DNA of 64,000 bases from Lepidodermella squamata (GCA_047495785.1 JBLDXI010000004.1:1302001-1366000), one strand, 5' to 3'; counted from the first letter of the stretch, positions 49,201 through 63,005 are shown. Numbers and translations are program-made. Notes: generated by a model from the sequence alone, not told the origin.

Positions 49201-52144
49201 ACGCCGTCATGCTTGAACGGCGGCTTCCCCGTGCCAGCCGCCAACGCCCCCGGCAGCCCAACCTGCAGCCGATGCGTCTGCCCCAGCGGCCTATCAGGCG
49301 CCGATTGTTCAACGATCGGCGCCGCCCCATCGCCGTGCAACCAAAACCTCGTCGATATCCCGCCTTGCAAACGCGTCTCCTTCGCCTTGCCGACGTACTC
49401 GAGCGGCGACGCGTGCACCCGGCGCTACCGAACCGCCGGCAATGGCTTCATCCTCGGCTTCGACGGGCGCCCAGGCCTGAGGTGCGGCGCCCTGAATAAC
49501 GACCTGGCTTGCGAGGACTACATCGAGGTGAGAGCAGTGGCGGCGGATGGCAAGCTCGGGCCGGCGAGGCGGTTTTGCGCGTGCGGCGTCACGGCTGGCC
49601 GCGTTGCGACCATCGACACGAATGAGGTCATCGTCACGTTCCAGAGCCGAGCGGCGACCCCGGGAACGCGCGGCTTCAAGCTCAACATCTACGCCACTTG
49701 CCAGGTAAAAATTTTGAAACAAAAATCAGAGAATTGATGCTGATTTATTTTTTAATTAATTTTTCTATTTGGATGAAAATTGAAAAAATTCTGAGAAAAT
49801 TTGAATTAATCTCACCCTCAACTTTGAATTTTTAAATTTTTAAAATTTACAAAATTGGAATTTTGATTTCTGAAAAAATTAATGAACTAAAAATTTCGTT
49901 TGGTTTGAAGCTCCGAAAATTCTGAACTTCGAATCGAACCTTGGGGGATTAAACATTCCCGACAGTTTGCCTAGTAGTAATTTCCAAAAAATTAATTATA
50001 AAATATTAGGGATTTTACTCAATATTTTAAAAATTGGTACTGATTTTAGAATCGGAATTTTCGAACTCTAAATTTGAATGAGCCTGTGTAGAAATGCCTG
50101 GAAAATTATTTTCTGAAATTTTGAAATATAGCTTTGGACCTAACCTCTGGACCTAACCTTTAATAAAATAGTTCATGGGGTGAATTATCAATCGCTTGTC
50201 TCAACGATGCGATTGTTCCATTGTCTGAAAATCCTAAAAATGTTCATAATATTTTCAAATTTTCGAATTCGGAAAAATGAAATTTTGAATTTGCAGGAAA
50301 ACAAGAAAAATTAACTGTCTTTTATAAAATTTAAATTTTTTTTTAATTTTCAATTTCCGAGAAATGGATGTTTTCCCGTGAATTCCTTATATAATTATAT
50401 TTTTTTATGGGAATTATTCTTCTAAATATGAATTTCGGCTAAAGAATATTTCACGCTCGTGTAGGGTGTTTCGGCTACGCACTACTCGAACCGGTGCCGC
50501 ATCACGCCATCCGGCTACGACTACATCGGCATTAAAAGTGTCGCTGAGAACAACAAGACGTGCATGCCGTGGCCGCCGGGCATCATCGACGACGAGCTCA
50601 ACTACCCGATGGGCGATCGCCAGGCGTCGAAACACTACTGCCGCAACCCGTACCGCCAGCAGTCGGAGCCCTTCTGCTACACGGCGGCGTCTTACATCGA
50701 AACAGCCCAGTGCAATCCGATCCCGCATTGCCGTAAGCTAAACTCCTCATTGATATCGCCCAAAAGAAATGGGAATATCTTTTAGCGGAACCAAATTTGC
50801 TGTATCGGAACCAAATATGCTGTAGCGGAACCAAATTGGCTTTTTGCGGAACCAAACTCTAAATATGCCAAGAGTCATTTTTTGAATATTTCTAAGAATT
50901 ACCTTTTGGCTGAGAAACAAACATTTTCAAAGATTTTTCAATTGAAAGTGAAATTTTCAGAAAAATTGAGAACATGTCAAAAAAACAAGGAAATTGAAAT
51001 AAAATTGAAAAATCAACACATTTCAGAAATCAAAAATTTAAGTGCAATTTATTTTACACTTTTTCAAAATTTCAAAATGTAAAAAGTTAAAAAGTTAAAA
51101 ATTAAAAAAATGAAAACAAAATTGCGAAAATTCCCATCTAAATCGCTGGTGATGATAACTGTGTCACAAGGCAACCTGATTGTTAAATCAGGCAGTCCCC
51201 ATTTGTAAAACATGTTTATCTCCCTTTACAATTTTATTTCAATTTAGAACAGAAGTTTTTGTATTTGAAAATGCTGAAATTTTCTCAAAGTGAAATTTTG
51301 ATCAGTTCCCAATCCTAAATTTATGAAATATCGGGAATCAAGCGATTTCCAGCTCCTGGACAACCGTTGCTAAGGTGTTTGCGTCAATAATTTATTGTTG
51401 ATAACCCGCAAGAAATACGAATGATTTTTCAGACTCGAGCGTTCGATGCAACCGGCGCAACGGCGACTTCAAAGCCTGTCGTGAATACAAGCCGAACGAG
51501 CCGAATTTCGGCTGCCACCCGGACGAATCCACGGTATGAAAAAAGGCACCATGAATGCGTTTAAATTTCCAAATCTTATCGTTAAACGCAGTTGACGCCA
51601 CTTCGCGTATTCCCGGACCCAGATTCGTGCAATATTAACGTAATTTCAGGCCTCTTTTGATATAGCACTGATGTCAACAATTTGGTTTAGGGTGTGAAAA
51701 TGTGCTACGACTTTGACAGCTCGACGATCAAGTGCGTTGAAACGTTCCGCCAATGCCCTGCCCCTACCAGAAAGGTTCGCGCCCAAATTCCAGCCTTCAG
51801 TTGAATCTTCTCATTTTTGTGAAACTGAAATCAGATCGGCCACATCAGCTTGTACAAGCGATTCGAGAAGAACATGCGTTTCTGTAAGATGGGCAAGGTA
51901 AGATTCCTGATCTTTTGGCACATTGGTGATTCGACCCGATGTGTAGGTTCCGCACTTCCGCTGTGTCACCTATGCTGATCCGAATTCTTTCAAAGCCTGC
52001 CGACCTGTTAGCGTTGGATGCCGCAAAAACGTCGAGGTAAGCAGCAACTGTGACCATTTGCACAAATATACTCCCGCAATTATTTTCTAGTATTCGGTTG
52101 GCGAGTACGAAGATCTAACCAGTTGCATTCCAGAGTGGCTATAA
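46296..52144 (+). CDS. Secreted astacin-like pseudoprotease: signal/pro, dead M12A domain, EGF, CUB-like, kringle, three 4-Cys modules (15 exons)
   Basis: In-frame splicing from MIRVAVLICAVF… to …SCIPEWL*. Astacin context W..PIFY, EHTRIDRD, PFDF.S, LS..D. EGF CLNGGF…CSRCVCPSGLSGADC. CUB-like C.DYIEV…RFC…GFKL. Kringle YIGIKS…CMPW…HYCRNP…PFCYT. Confidence 0.8.
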
Positions 52145-53384
52145 AGCGACAGCTTCGACTCGAGCCATTGATTTCTCTCTCATGCGATTCTTGAAATTCA
52201 ACTATTTATTTTTCTCGCTTTTTCTGGCGGCAAGGCTCATGCTTTGAAAATTTAATAATCGAATATATTTATTTGAGTAAATTGGAAAATGAATCATTAA
52301 ATAAATTGGTCGTAATTCGTAATCTTGCTGAATATCAAGCTAAATATTCAGCTAGATAACGAAAAAGCTAACAGCGAACCAAGTCTTATTTTGGTCTTTT
52401 TGATTCAATGAAAGAACCAACAGCCCTCGTGGCATTATCGACGAGCACAGGAAATATAATGGCGTTATATTTGAATCTTGGTTCACTCAGAAAATGAATG
52501 GCTGATCAGTTAGTAACCAGAATATTTTACATATTTCCAGGATTTTCATGAAAAATGAAAAAATGAAACAATCGAGCAGTGATCACCTCGTCATAGCAGC
52601 GAGTATACCATTATTCAAAAGTGAATTTTTCAGTTTATCATAGAAACTGTTGTATTACACAGGGATGGATGGTGCCCATGATGCAAACTTGAGGCCGGTA
52701 GAAGAATTTCTATTAAATTGGACATAGGAGACGGATGATTTGAAATTCGAAAATGAGATTGATGGACCTTCATTCTTTGATAATTTATTCCAAATTGAGA
52801 TTCACAGAAATTCATTAATTTCGTAAAATATCGAAACTTTACTTCAGTTTTCCGGGTCGACTTGAAAAAGACGAGCAGTGATCATCTGATACCAATTGGT
52901 TCATTTAGATTTACCCTTAGAAGGTCAAAATTCAAGATATCAATTCATTCTGCCAACTGCTGAAGCCCTCTAGCTCATCAGAAACCTTTCACTATTTTTA
53001 TGATTTCATGATGATACACGTTCAAATAAGACCTTTGATCTATGAATCTTATTGTTTTGACAATATTCACAGATTGTTTTCTGGAGTTCAGCCGTTAATA
53101 AAATATCATTTTCATGACACGCATTCGTAGTAACATTTCGAAGCACAACAAAGAACAAACGAGGATAAATCGCGAAGGGCCCTCTATCAGAGCGGCCTTC
53201 TTCTACCACAGATTCGGTCGACGGTGGCGGAGATAAGCAGATCTGATTTCAAGGCAATCAGCGATTCATAACATCCATAACATGTCCAATGATGAAAATT
53301 GAAGATATGCAGGCTGAGCAAACGATTTGCGTACATTTTCTTCTGCTCCACATCGCCGATCCCGAACGAAAATTCATACATTAT

Positions 53385-53620
53385 TCTTCGGGTCTTTTTG
53401 CCATCAATTTGAAATATCCCAACAATCCCTAAACAAAGTCGGAAAAAATAACAAAAAACCCTTAAATACTTCCCTGAATTTTGACCTCGAAAGCCTCTGA
53501 CATTTCTAAAGCTTTCAGGGTATTTTTCAGGGTTTTTTCCGGCTTTGTTCAGGGATTTTTGGGATATTTCAAATTAATGCCAAAAGGCCCGGAGAATATT
53601 GTAAGAATTTTCGTTCGGGA
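53385..53620. repeat. Imperfect inverted repeat (old MITE)
   Basis: TTTGAAATATCCCAACAATCCCTAAACAAAG… is inverted at ~53540-53575. Confidence 0.5.
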
Positions 53621-54349
53621 TTAATGATCGCTAAAACGCGGCGTTCAAGCTCGAAGTGCCTTGGACTATAAATTACAAGCCAAGTGAATACAATTTAACT
53701 ATAAAGACCACCGACCGACAGAAAGTGCAGTGATAGGAATGAGAGAATTTGTGTTTCAATAATTCGAAAAAATTTCAACAAAAATTGGCTCGACCATTGA
53801 TCGCTATAATGCGGCGTTCAAGCTCGAAGTGCCTTGGACCGCAAATTTCACCCCCCCCCCCCCCTTAAGCTCGGCCGGGCGAACAACAAAATGAGAATTT
53901 ATCCCACTGTTTCGTTAATTTTGAGAGGTTGTTTGGAGGCGTGTTTTAGTGAAAAATCTTCAATATTAGTCATTTTGAAAAAGACAGGAAACAAAAGTTA
54001 GCCATCCCTAGCAGCTCCAGGATCTAACGCTCGCTGAGTTGAAGACAATTTTTGTCGCAAATCGGGTCACCTTCCGAGATAGCATTTGTTTGAACGAGCG
54101 AATTAGGACGAGACAATGTGTTGCCAATTATTGTATAGCTGAAACGCGCTGGTTGAATAATCACTCGTTTATCTCGGAAATGCCTGTTTGATAATTGGGC
54201 AATCTGGACAATGTTATTGTCCAACTCGAAATTAGGACGAAAAATGTTAGTTTCAGGAAAATCGATGTCGAAACACGCAGTATCCCTAGTTTTCATTTCA
54301 TTTTGAAGCATTATTTCGAGTTTATTCCAAGTTGAATTCGCGCATTAAA

Positions 54350-57300
54350 ATGACCGGTTCTTATTTTGTTCTTCTGGCACTTACGCTGGCGTCGATCGAC
54401 GTGGCTTGGGGCGCGCAGCCGTTGAACTGGGTTCGCTGCTTCTCGCAGTTCAGCAACCGATTCACCAACTGCGTACCAGCCGCCGATGGCTGTAATCCTC
54501 TCACCGATTATCAGGTTTTTCTTCTCAATTTTAGTTTTCTTCGAAGAGCTGAGTAATTGAAATATTTCTCTATCGACAGCTGGGCTCAAGCTTACGAACA
54601 ACCGGCAGTTGCAACACCGGGGTCTGTTAAGATTACCAGTAAATCTATTTTCAATTTTGGTCTGTTTTGGTCATCTATATAGAATGCCAGGATGTGCTAC
54701 AAATACGTGGCTCTTACCCCGTTTTGCGTACCTGGTAACGTTGGTTGCAACAACCCTGGTGATATGAATGTAAGCCCCATCACCCAATTATTTGGAATTA
54801 AGCATCAAACTAAAATTATTACTGTTGTTGTGATATATTGTTTCGAATATTCGCCTTAGATGTTCTGGTTCGACAATCAGAATGCGACGCTGAGCCTGAA
54901 ATACAATCTCAACGAATGCGAGAAAAAGAAAGCTGCATTCGAGGTGATGCATTCAGGAAACTTTGCCCCTCTGCTGATTATGCGTTACACCTGTATCGTT
55001 ACAGACTTCGAAATTCAGGCGCTGCACATCGAACAACGTCACCATGACTTGTGTCCCAGACCCGTACTCCTGCCCCAACAACTGGGTGGGCGATTTTAAA
55101 AGGTTGATGTGTTCCTGTTTGACGCTGATTCTTGTTTTCTAGGCCACTGAATCGACTTTGTATTTAAATCTTGCGGCATGTACCAATGGAGCAGGTTCGT
55201 AAAGACCAGACTCGATTTTCGAAAACTGGAAACAGAATAATTCATCCAGTACAATTGCTATTATTTTCCGTTTGTCATCTCAGTCACAGTTCCAGTCAGC
55301 GAAAAGCCGCACATTCGGTGCTTCGATTCTGCCACCAAAAGGTTCAACGACTGCCGACCGCAAAGCTCGGGATGTTTCGCTAGCAATGAAACTCAGCAAT
55401 TCTCGACCAAAGTTTACATCAACCGTGCAGCTTGCATGCTAGGAGTAATTATTTAGTCATTTTCGTTACAGCAATAAATGCGCTTGTTTTGACAGAATGC
55501 TGTTTCATGCAAGGATTCATCCAATCGAACGTCTTGCTACGCGATTTGTCCTCAAGATCAATCTCAGGTAACCTCTCAATGAAAATCACATTTTTTCTGG
55601 TATCTACTGTTTTTCATCAACAGGTTAAGCTGTTCTCGGACTTGGGCAACTTCCAGTTGAATCACAACAAATGTATCACGGACATAACCCCGGTGGTGAG
55701 TTCTCATCGAAGCTTTCAGCCCTATGGTGTGTGCAGCTATCGTTTCACTTCCTTATAACTTATTCTTGATTGCCCGATTTGACTGCGATTACTCTTGTCC
55801 AGAAGTGGAAATAACAGGGGACCTTCAGGAAGCGCCCACCCTCTAAACGAACTCGGGGTTCCAGATCGGAGGAAAGTATATTTCTCCATGGCTAGCCAAT
55901 AGAGAGTTCCCCTATTGATTCGTCAATTGAAATGCGTAAACTGGGCTAATTAGAGGGACACAGGCTGGGTTATAAGCCTATCCTAGATAATTAGCTATTT
56001 TCATTTTCCCTAATTCCAATTCTCGGAATGTTTCAATTGCTCGAAGCTATGTCAACGTCGATGTGAATAAGGCTGAAATCTGAAATTTTGGAAGTATTTC
56101 CCCCATTACTAAGAATAACATTTTTCTTAGGAACAACTATAATCCGATCGTAGACTTTTATTCTTCGCGCGGCAAAGCACAATTGACCGAAAATAAGTGA
56201 TGCGGGGTTTGGCGCATTTTCCGTCTTTTCCAGCCATATTCCCAGCTGATGGCTGAAGGTTGCTTTGAAAGGGAAGATTCTGGGATTTCTGGATGTTTTA
56301 AGTCGGTTTTTCTTGAGGATTTTCAAACTTCAGATTCCTAGGAGGCTCCCATCCACCTCAAGAGACGGCAGACCCAGAAGTGACGGCGAAAAGGCTTATC
56401 GCTCCATAGGTTGACGTGGAAACACTGGCTTCATTCCATTCACATTTTGTTGAGCATATCGCAAGATTCCTCACCTCAGATCAGTGCTTTGAATTTGATT
56501 TGATTTGATTTGATTCAGACCCTGTTTTCACTTATTTAGATTTGAAATGATTGATTTACGTGGGGAAGCATTTTGATTTGATTGATTTTGATTTAACTTT
56601 GGAAATGCAATAAAAAAACTTGACATGTACTGTGAAAATGAAATTTGTCTTCATTTTTGCAAACATTTGCTCTAGAGAGGGATGGTAGTTCCTAATTTGT
56701 GCCATTTTATCAATTGCCTGAATTTTCATAGCCCCCAACTTGGTGAAAACCCTGATTTTTCCCGATTTATTGTGATTCATCGCTGTCGATGATTTGATTT
56801 GATTGATTTAGTCCCGTAGAAGTGGGACAATGATTGATTTTGATTGATTTGAGGAGTTCCATGATTTAAGCTGTAACTCATATGAAATCAAATTCAAAGA
56901 GCTCAGCCTCAGATTCAAGATCTGCACAAATTCTACCTTAACCTTAACTTTGAAGCCGATTTTCTCAGCAACCCTGATAGCTATCGACCTCTGTTTGATA
57001 TCGTTCGACTCCTCGTTCATCGATCTTGAAACGGCATCAAAATTTCACGACGATGTCTAAAATATCGCCAAACCCCGCTTTTCACTTATTCCCGGTCAAT
57101 TTATCTATATAACATAACCACAACATAAGTTGTATAACATACCGTATTTCTCGAAAATATACACCGGGGTATATTTGTGATTGAACCAACACATTTTTAG
57201 GGTTGTAATCGGGGTGGGGGATATTTTCGAGGTGCGGTATATTTATGATCCATCAACAATTTTCAGAAATGTGGTAAATACTGCTAACAATAATTTCGTT

Positions 57301-58244
57301 TTACTGGACCAAAGCGTGAAAAAGAAGGATTACTTAAGCAGTTCTGGAGGTTTTATCAGTTAGTTGTAGTTCTATACGATCGGAACATACGATATCAGCC
57401 ATGAAATCAGTAACATAGAAGACATTTTTCGAAAAGAATTGAACGTGAAATTCAAAATGGACCTCCCCAACTTCGCCCTTCGTGCCTCCATTGAGTTATC
57501 ACTGGCAATCTTATGCCCAGCCCAAGCTAAGCAACAGGCTGATGGGGTGCGTATTTCGTTTTTTTAGTAAAATGATACGGCGCTTTGGTTTTTTTAATAA
57601 CATGGGGTAGAATTTCGAGGTGCGGTATATTTATGATCAAACGGTAAGTTTTATAGGGTTGTATTCGGGGTGGGGAATATTTTCGAGGTGCGGTATATTT
57701 TCGAGAAATACGGTAGGTTGATAATTGATAAGAAATTTCTTGATAGACCACTTACCATCGATGTCTGCAAACTGCCGACAGTTCAGTATCCTGCCGACTG
57801 AGCTCGAGCGGCTGTGATGCCAACACGGAGAGACGATTTCCAGCAAATGTTACGTTCAGCGGCGAATCGCAGTGTCAAAACGCTAAAAGGACTCTGTTTG
57901 TGTATAGTAGCGCCGGCATTAATTTCAATCATTCAGCTGCAGCCGCAAAGTGCTTGGAACTGGGCGGCGCCTTGGCAACTGTTAAAATGGCTACAGACCT
58001 GTCCCGCATGATCAGCATGTTACCTAACGACCCCAGTGTCGTTGCCTGGGTGGGTCTTGCGCCAGAGTCCGGCGTCCTTAAATGGTCGGACGGTTCGGCT
58101 GTCACATACCAATCAAATCTGTTTTATATGCCGTTGAATAATGATAAATGTGGCGTGATTTATATCGGCATTCGTTTGATGATTTTCTATGCTTGCAACA
58201 CTATTAATGTCCCTTACGCAATATGCGAAACCTATGTTGAATGA
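54350..58244 (+). CDS. Secreted Cys-module/C-type lectin protein copy 6 (intact, divergent lectin)
   Basis: Signal peptide MTGSYFVLLALTLASIDVAWG, 9 module exons in frame, and terminal exon 57747-58244 TTYHRCLQ…KCLELGGALATVK…AWVGL…WSDGS…CETYVE*. Confidence 0.8.
57142..57713. mobile_element. Tc2/pogo-type MITE
   Basis: TA|CCGTATTTCTCGAAAATATA … TATATTTTCGAGAAATACGG|TA with repeated TTTCGAGGTGCGGTATAT. Confidence 0.85.
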
Positions 58245-58467
58245 GTGTTAAGGCATTGGGGGTGCCGTGAACTTTTGAAATGGCTGTTAAATAATTGATG
58301 ATACGTTAAGAGTTGAGAGCTGTAGCAGCATAATAAAAATAGAATGAATCGGGCTTCCCCAATTTCTTTTTCAGCGTTTTCGAAAACAAGATTTGATTTA
58401 TGAAATGGTGCAACAAATGCTCAGTTCACGCAACTCCGATTATTGAAGAATGACGAAATCATTTTTT

Positions 58468-58494
58468 GATCATCATCATCATCATCATCATCAT
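58468..58494. repeat. (CAT)n microsatellite
   Basis: About 8 CAT units. Confidence 0.9.
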
Positions 58495-58694
58495 GTGGTT
58501 TTGTGGTGACCATCGCGTCATTTTCGCGATGGTGAGGCGTACAGAAGTTTTAACGACGGCGAGAGCGAGTAGTCAAGTAGATTCCGTTCCCAGCGACCTG
58601 TAGGCCAAAAATTCGCGAATAAAGGCCCTCCATTTTGACCTGTCTTGGGCTGTATTTTCAAAAATTTCCCAATTTAGGTATTTTTCGTTGTCAA

Positions 58695-59080
58695 TACATA
58701 TGTTGTACGCCTATAGGGTATTTAAGCCTTTAGGGTATGAGCATTGTATTTAACCAAAATAAAGGCCAAACCGTGATGGTGACTATCGATCATCATATAT
58801 TGCTGTAATCGATCGATTGCTGTAATAAAGGGCTATCGATTGGTGCCAAATCGAATTCCGCGCGGAAAATTTGGAAATATGTTTCTTACCTTCAAAAATA
58901 AAAAAATGCGGAAAATTCGCGTTTTTTGGCCAAAACTTTTGGCCAAAAGACGATCGATATATGATGATCGATAGTCACCATCACGGTTTGGCCGCTATGA
59001 CAGTTTAAAATATTGCTTATCCCGTATAGGCTTAAGCCTATACCGTATAAGCTTAGATCCTCTATAGGCGTACAACACAT
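58695..59080. mobile_element. Foldback MITE
   Basis: GGCCAAACCGTGATGGTGACTATCGATCATCATATAT and TGTTGTACGCCTATAG are both present in inverted orientation. Confidence 0.7.
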
Positions 59081-59134
59081 ACTTACAAAATTTTTAAAAT
59101 TTTCCAAATGTTAAGCTTTTAATAGACTCTGAGT

Positions 59135-59460
59135 GTTGCAGTAGTCCCATCCTATTTTAGGCCTGCCTGTACTCCTTTGCCATTGCTTGTCTGGCGGTGT
59201 CCACTGGTATACCTGTTTTACCAGGCTATCGTCCTCCATTCTAATTAATATGTTAGGCTAATATGTGGCCTAAAAATCTAAGGCGATAATGTTCGACTTG
59301 CGCGGACATAGGTTCAATCCCCTCGCACAGCTTCCTATAACTTCCTCACTTCTTACTTTATCCAAGATTGAAATGTTTGCTATTAACCTGAGCCATCTCA
59401 TTTTTTTTAAATACCATGTTTTATTTGGATTCCAGCCCGCGATTGTATAAAGCCATAGCA
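59135..59460 (-). mobile_element. Degenerate RTE LINE 3' fragment
   Basis: MRWLRLIANISILDKVRSEEV…GHI…RMEDDSLVKQVYQW…STGRPKIGW, typical of the RTE C-terminus. Confidence 0.7.
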
Positions 59461-60451
59461 ATTTGTTGCTGATCTAATTTTTATTAAATTTTTATTAAAA
59501 TTAGCTGCATATACCTACAGTCTACCTCATGTCAAGCAGAAATTAATTAATTTGTTGCCACAGGAAAACGCTAATGAATTCGATGGGTTTCAGTCACGTG
59601 ACCCGTTTTTACCCGAATACCCATTACCTGAGCGTTTCGCCACACCCGAACTTTTTCAATGGCATATTAGAGTCATTTCATTTCTCAATTCTTAATAATT
59701 TTATTCAACTCTTTACACCTGGGGCGGATTCTACCTACTAAACGGCCCTCGTTCTTCTAGCGTCCGATGTTAAGGGTATTTCAGTATTTTTGATAGAAAG
59801 ACTAGTATTTGAACCCATTTGCGCATTACACGTCATATGAAGCAGGATATTTCTGTATTAAATCTTAGTAAAAGCAGTGCTCCGGGGAAAGAGGAAAACG
59901 ACTACCTGTTTTCTTGGAAAATTTTCGAATTTTGCGAAAAAGCGCAAGGGTCCCCCTAATGATGTGCTCATTTTAGGCCGATTTACCCCCTGAAAGCGGG
60001 TCCAAGTCGGCCTCTGAGTAAAATTAACGCGAAAACGGCTCAATTAATTTGCCCTGACTATTGAACATGCACGGAATTAATTTTTAATTTTTGCTGACAT
60101 TTGTGCTGGAAATAGCCTAAAAGATTTCTCCGAAAGGAATATGATACAACATTTTTCACCGAGGAAATCGCCATTCATGCGCAATAAATATTTATATCCA
60201 TGGGTTGTAACGGATCAATCGTGGTGTACAATTGTTGTATTCAAGTTGAACATCTGTAATCTGCAAGCCGTCCTAATAAGACTGGTACCTAGCCATGGAA
60301 TCAGTAACTCTAATTGAGAAAGCTGGGTGGCAAAGAGTCATTTCGACCAGAAGTCATTATAATCTTTATTCTCTTCGATCAGTATACTTGCTCTTGATCG
60401 CAAAATAATCTCGTATCACACCTCACATATAATCTCAACTCATAGTTACGT

Positions 60452-61816
60452 TTATATTAAGCTATCCACGCATGCATCATGATTGGCTTGATAGTTCTGG
60501 TACGTCGAGTACAGCGTCTCCTGTGAATTTTCAACAAAGATTTTCGAAAGCTATGGCGACTTGGTACTCATCTGTATTACCTGAGTTGATTCGCCAATGC
60601 ACGATCCTTGACAAAATTCCACGTCAGATTGGTCTTTACACTTCACAGCTTTCTGTAACGAAATTACGTCAGCAATTCAATTTTACGAAAGTGAAAACAA
60701 AACTCACCCCAGTGAGGCACAAGTCGCGGTTTCCGTAAATGTAGACCCAATGGTTTCGAGTCTCGCCAGCCTGGCAGCCGGAGCTTTGAGGCCGGCAGTC
60801 GGCAAATTTCAAAGTCCCAGAATTGAAGCAACGAACGTGCGGCTTCTCGCTGTCCGGAAGTGAGACTGCAAAATTCGGGAAAAATAGTAGAAAAAATTCA
60901 TCAAAATTTGAAAGCAACCCACTCTGTCCGTTGGTGCACGATGCAAGATTATCGTAAACAGTTGTCTCAGTGGTCTGAAAATAAATCAGAAAATAAAGAG
61001 AGACATGCGATAATTATGGGCCAAACCCAGCTGTTCGGGCATGTATACGGGGTTGGCACGCAGCTTTTAAGGGTGCCGGCCGAAGTGCATTGCCTGAATG
61101 GTAAATTCTGGAAGTAAAAGCAGAACAATCTGTCATAATGTCTCCACGGAGCCTGGATGAAACGCCCACCGCAAATGATCCCTTTTTCCTCTCGCATAGG
61201 TTGAGGTTGAAAACTAGGCTCAGCGTTGCAGGTCGGTTGAATGTGAAAAGCTGAAAAAAATCAGAAATTACTTAAGCAAGAAATAAAAAATAAATTAAAA
61301 TTTTAGGTATTTTAGATTTTAGATTTCATAACTCATCAAATATCGAAAAGCCTGAATTCGAAAAATTTAAAATTTTGAGTTTGAATTTAACTCGGGTTGG
61401 AAATAGGCGCTGCGTACCGTTATTTCGTTGGCGGCGCATTGATCGAGCCCTGAAACACATCGCGGGCTGAGCACGTCATACTTGTAGCAAATTTTGGCAG
61501 TCTGAAATTCAAAAATTCAGTTCACCATTTTGTATCAAATTAACAAGTAGCTTACCCCACGGTAGCAGGAACCCTTAGCTGGGAAAACTGGACCGCTCTG
61601 AAAATTGGATAAATTGAGGCAAAATTATTTATAATTACGAAAATCTACCTGGTATTCGCTCAATTGATCGCAGGTCTCAGAAGCTCTGATGCACCTTGAG
61701 AATCGGCCGTTGATCTGGGAGAAGCAGCGATGCCAGTTTTTTTCCTTCTTACTCGATGCCAGGTCGATGCGAGTAAGCATCAGCGCGAACAGCATAGTCC
61801 ACATAACGCCAGCCAT
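60452..61816 (-). CDS. Secreted lectin-less Cys-module protein copy 7 (9 exons, five modules)
   Basis: MAGVMWTMLFALML…NWHRCFSQINGRFSRC; exons 2-8 are homologous to the family. Exon 9 ETLYSTYQNYQANHDACVDSLI ends in TAA (60452-60454) where other copies have a splice donor. Confidence 0.8.
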
Positions 61817-62504
61817 TTCCAGTGAAATTGAACAGCAATATAGAAAATGCGTGTAAAATAAATCAAGTTTTTTGTTCGAAAAAATTTCGAATGAATGAAA
61901 ATATAGAATTTTTTCAGCGATTTAAACAGCGGTGACGTGTCTGATTCTTTGTACGGCACGCGACCATTTTGCTTCTAGAATCAAAACATTTGAAAAAAAT
62001 AATAGGTTAAAGGAGGTAAAATTTCTAATTATTTTTCACTACATCGATGTTATCATAACTAACAATCGGAATTTTCAGGCATTTTCGCACTGAAATAATC
62101 AGGTTGCGATCTTGAGTCCTGGAGCTGTCAGGGATGGAGCAATTTTAGTTGCTGTATTTCCCAAACTGACCAGTGGTTTTAACCAGAAAACGAGCGAAGC
62201 GAGGAAATTTTGAAGATTTTCGATGAAACACGCTCCAAAACCTGTCATAATTAACGAAACAGCGGGCTAATTTATCATTTTCTTGCCCGGTCTGGCCGAG
62301 CTAGGGGCTAAGGATTCCTCATTTCCATATTAACAGAGCTGTTAAGGCGCACCCATCCTTATTTGACACCTTTCGATGATTGGCTGATACCCAAATACAA
62401 GCCTTTCACACCTCTTTGTCGCCACATTGATGTTCCTTGTAAAGCTGCCTGGGTTTGTATTTGGGAATTCACGGTAGTTAAGTTACCACAGCCGCCTGAA
62501 AATG

Positions 62505-62935
62505 CTTTCCCAGCACGTCGGCCCAAGGGCTTATTTGGCCCGAGCACGGGGGTCAACAACAGGAACCAGCGCTATTGTTCAGCGCCAGCCGGGCTCGGGC
62601 CGCCGGGTTCGGGCTGAGACTTGATAAAGTTATCGGATATGGCGTTGGTTGTAGGATGACCCAAGCACGGTGGCCCGATTCCAGATGCCCGAGCTCGGCT
62701 GTCCGAGTTCGGCGCTGAACAATAGCGCTGGTTCCTGTTGTTGACCCCCGTGCTCGGGCCAAGCCCTTGGCCGGCCCGTGTGCGGTGAAGCGTGATTCTA
62801 TCGAATTTGTTAAATCTCCAGTAAACGTCGCATACTGGCACGTTACAGACTGGCCTGAGCGGGAAGTGCTGTTACCCGGTGGCATATGGGCCGAAATCGG
62901 GCTCGGGGCTCGGGCCCCAACAGTTGAGCCAGCCT
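62505..62935. mobile_element. GC-rich MITE-like element with GGCCC/GGGCC repeats
   Basis: 50-bp inverted pair at 62537-62587 / 62711-62761. Boundaries are approximate. Confidence 0.55.
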
Positions 62936-62949
62936 TTTCAGAAAGAGCC

Positions 62950-63005
62950 GTTTCTCACTCTGTTTATTTCCCGAAATATTTCGGGAAATAAACAGAGTGA
63001 GAAAC
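62950..63005. repeat. Perfect 56-bp spacerless palindrome
   Basis: GTTTCTCACTCTGTTTATTTCCCGAAAT|ATTTCGGGAAATAAACAGAGTGAGAAAC. Confidence 0.95.

Noticed and set aside
52600-54311. Short minus-strand ORFs
   Set aside because: No motif and no consistent splice model; interrupted by repeats.
56808-57050. Possible RT fragment (RVAEKIGFKV)
   Set aside because: Similarity is too short and degenerate to support a call.
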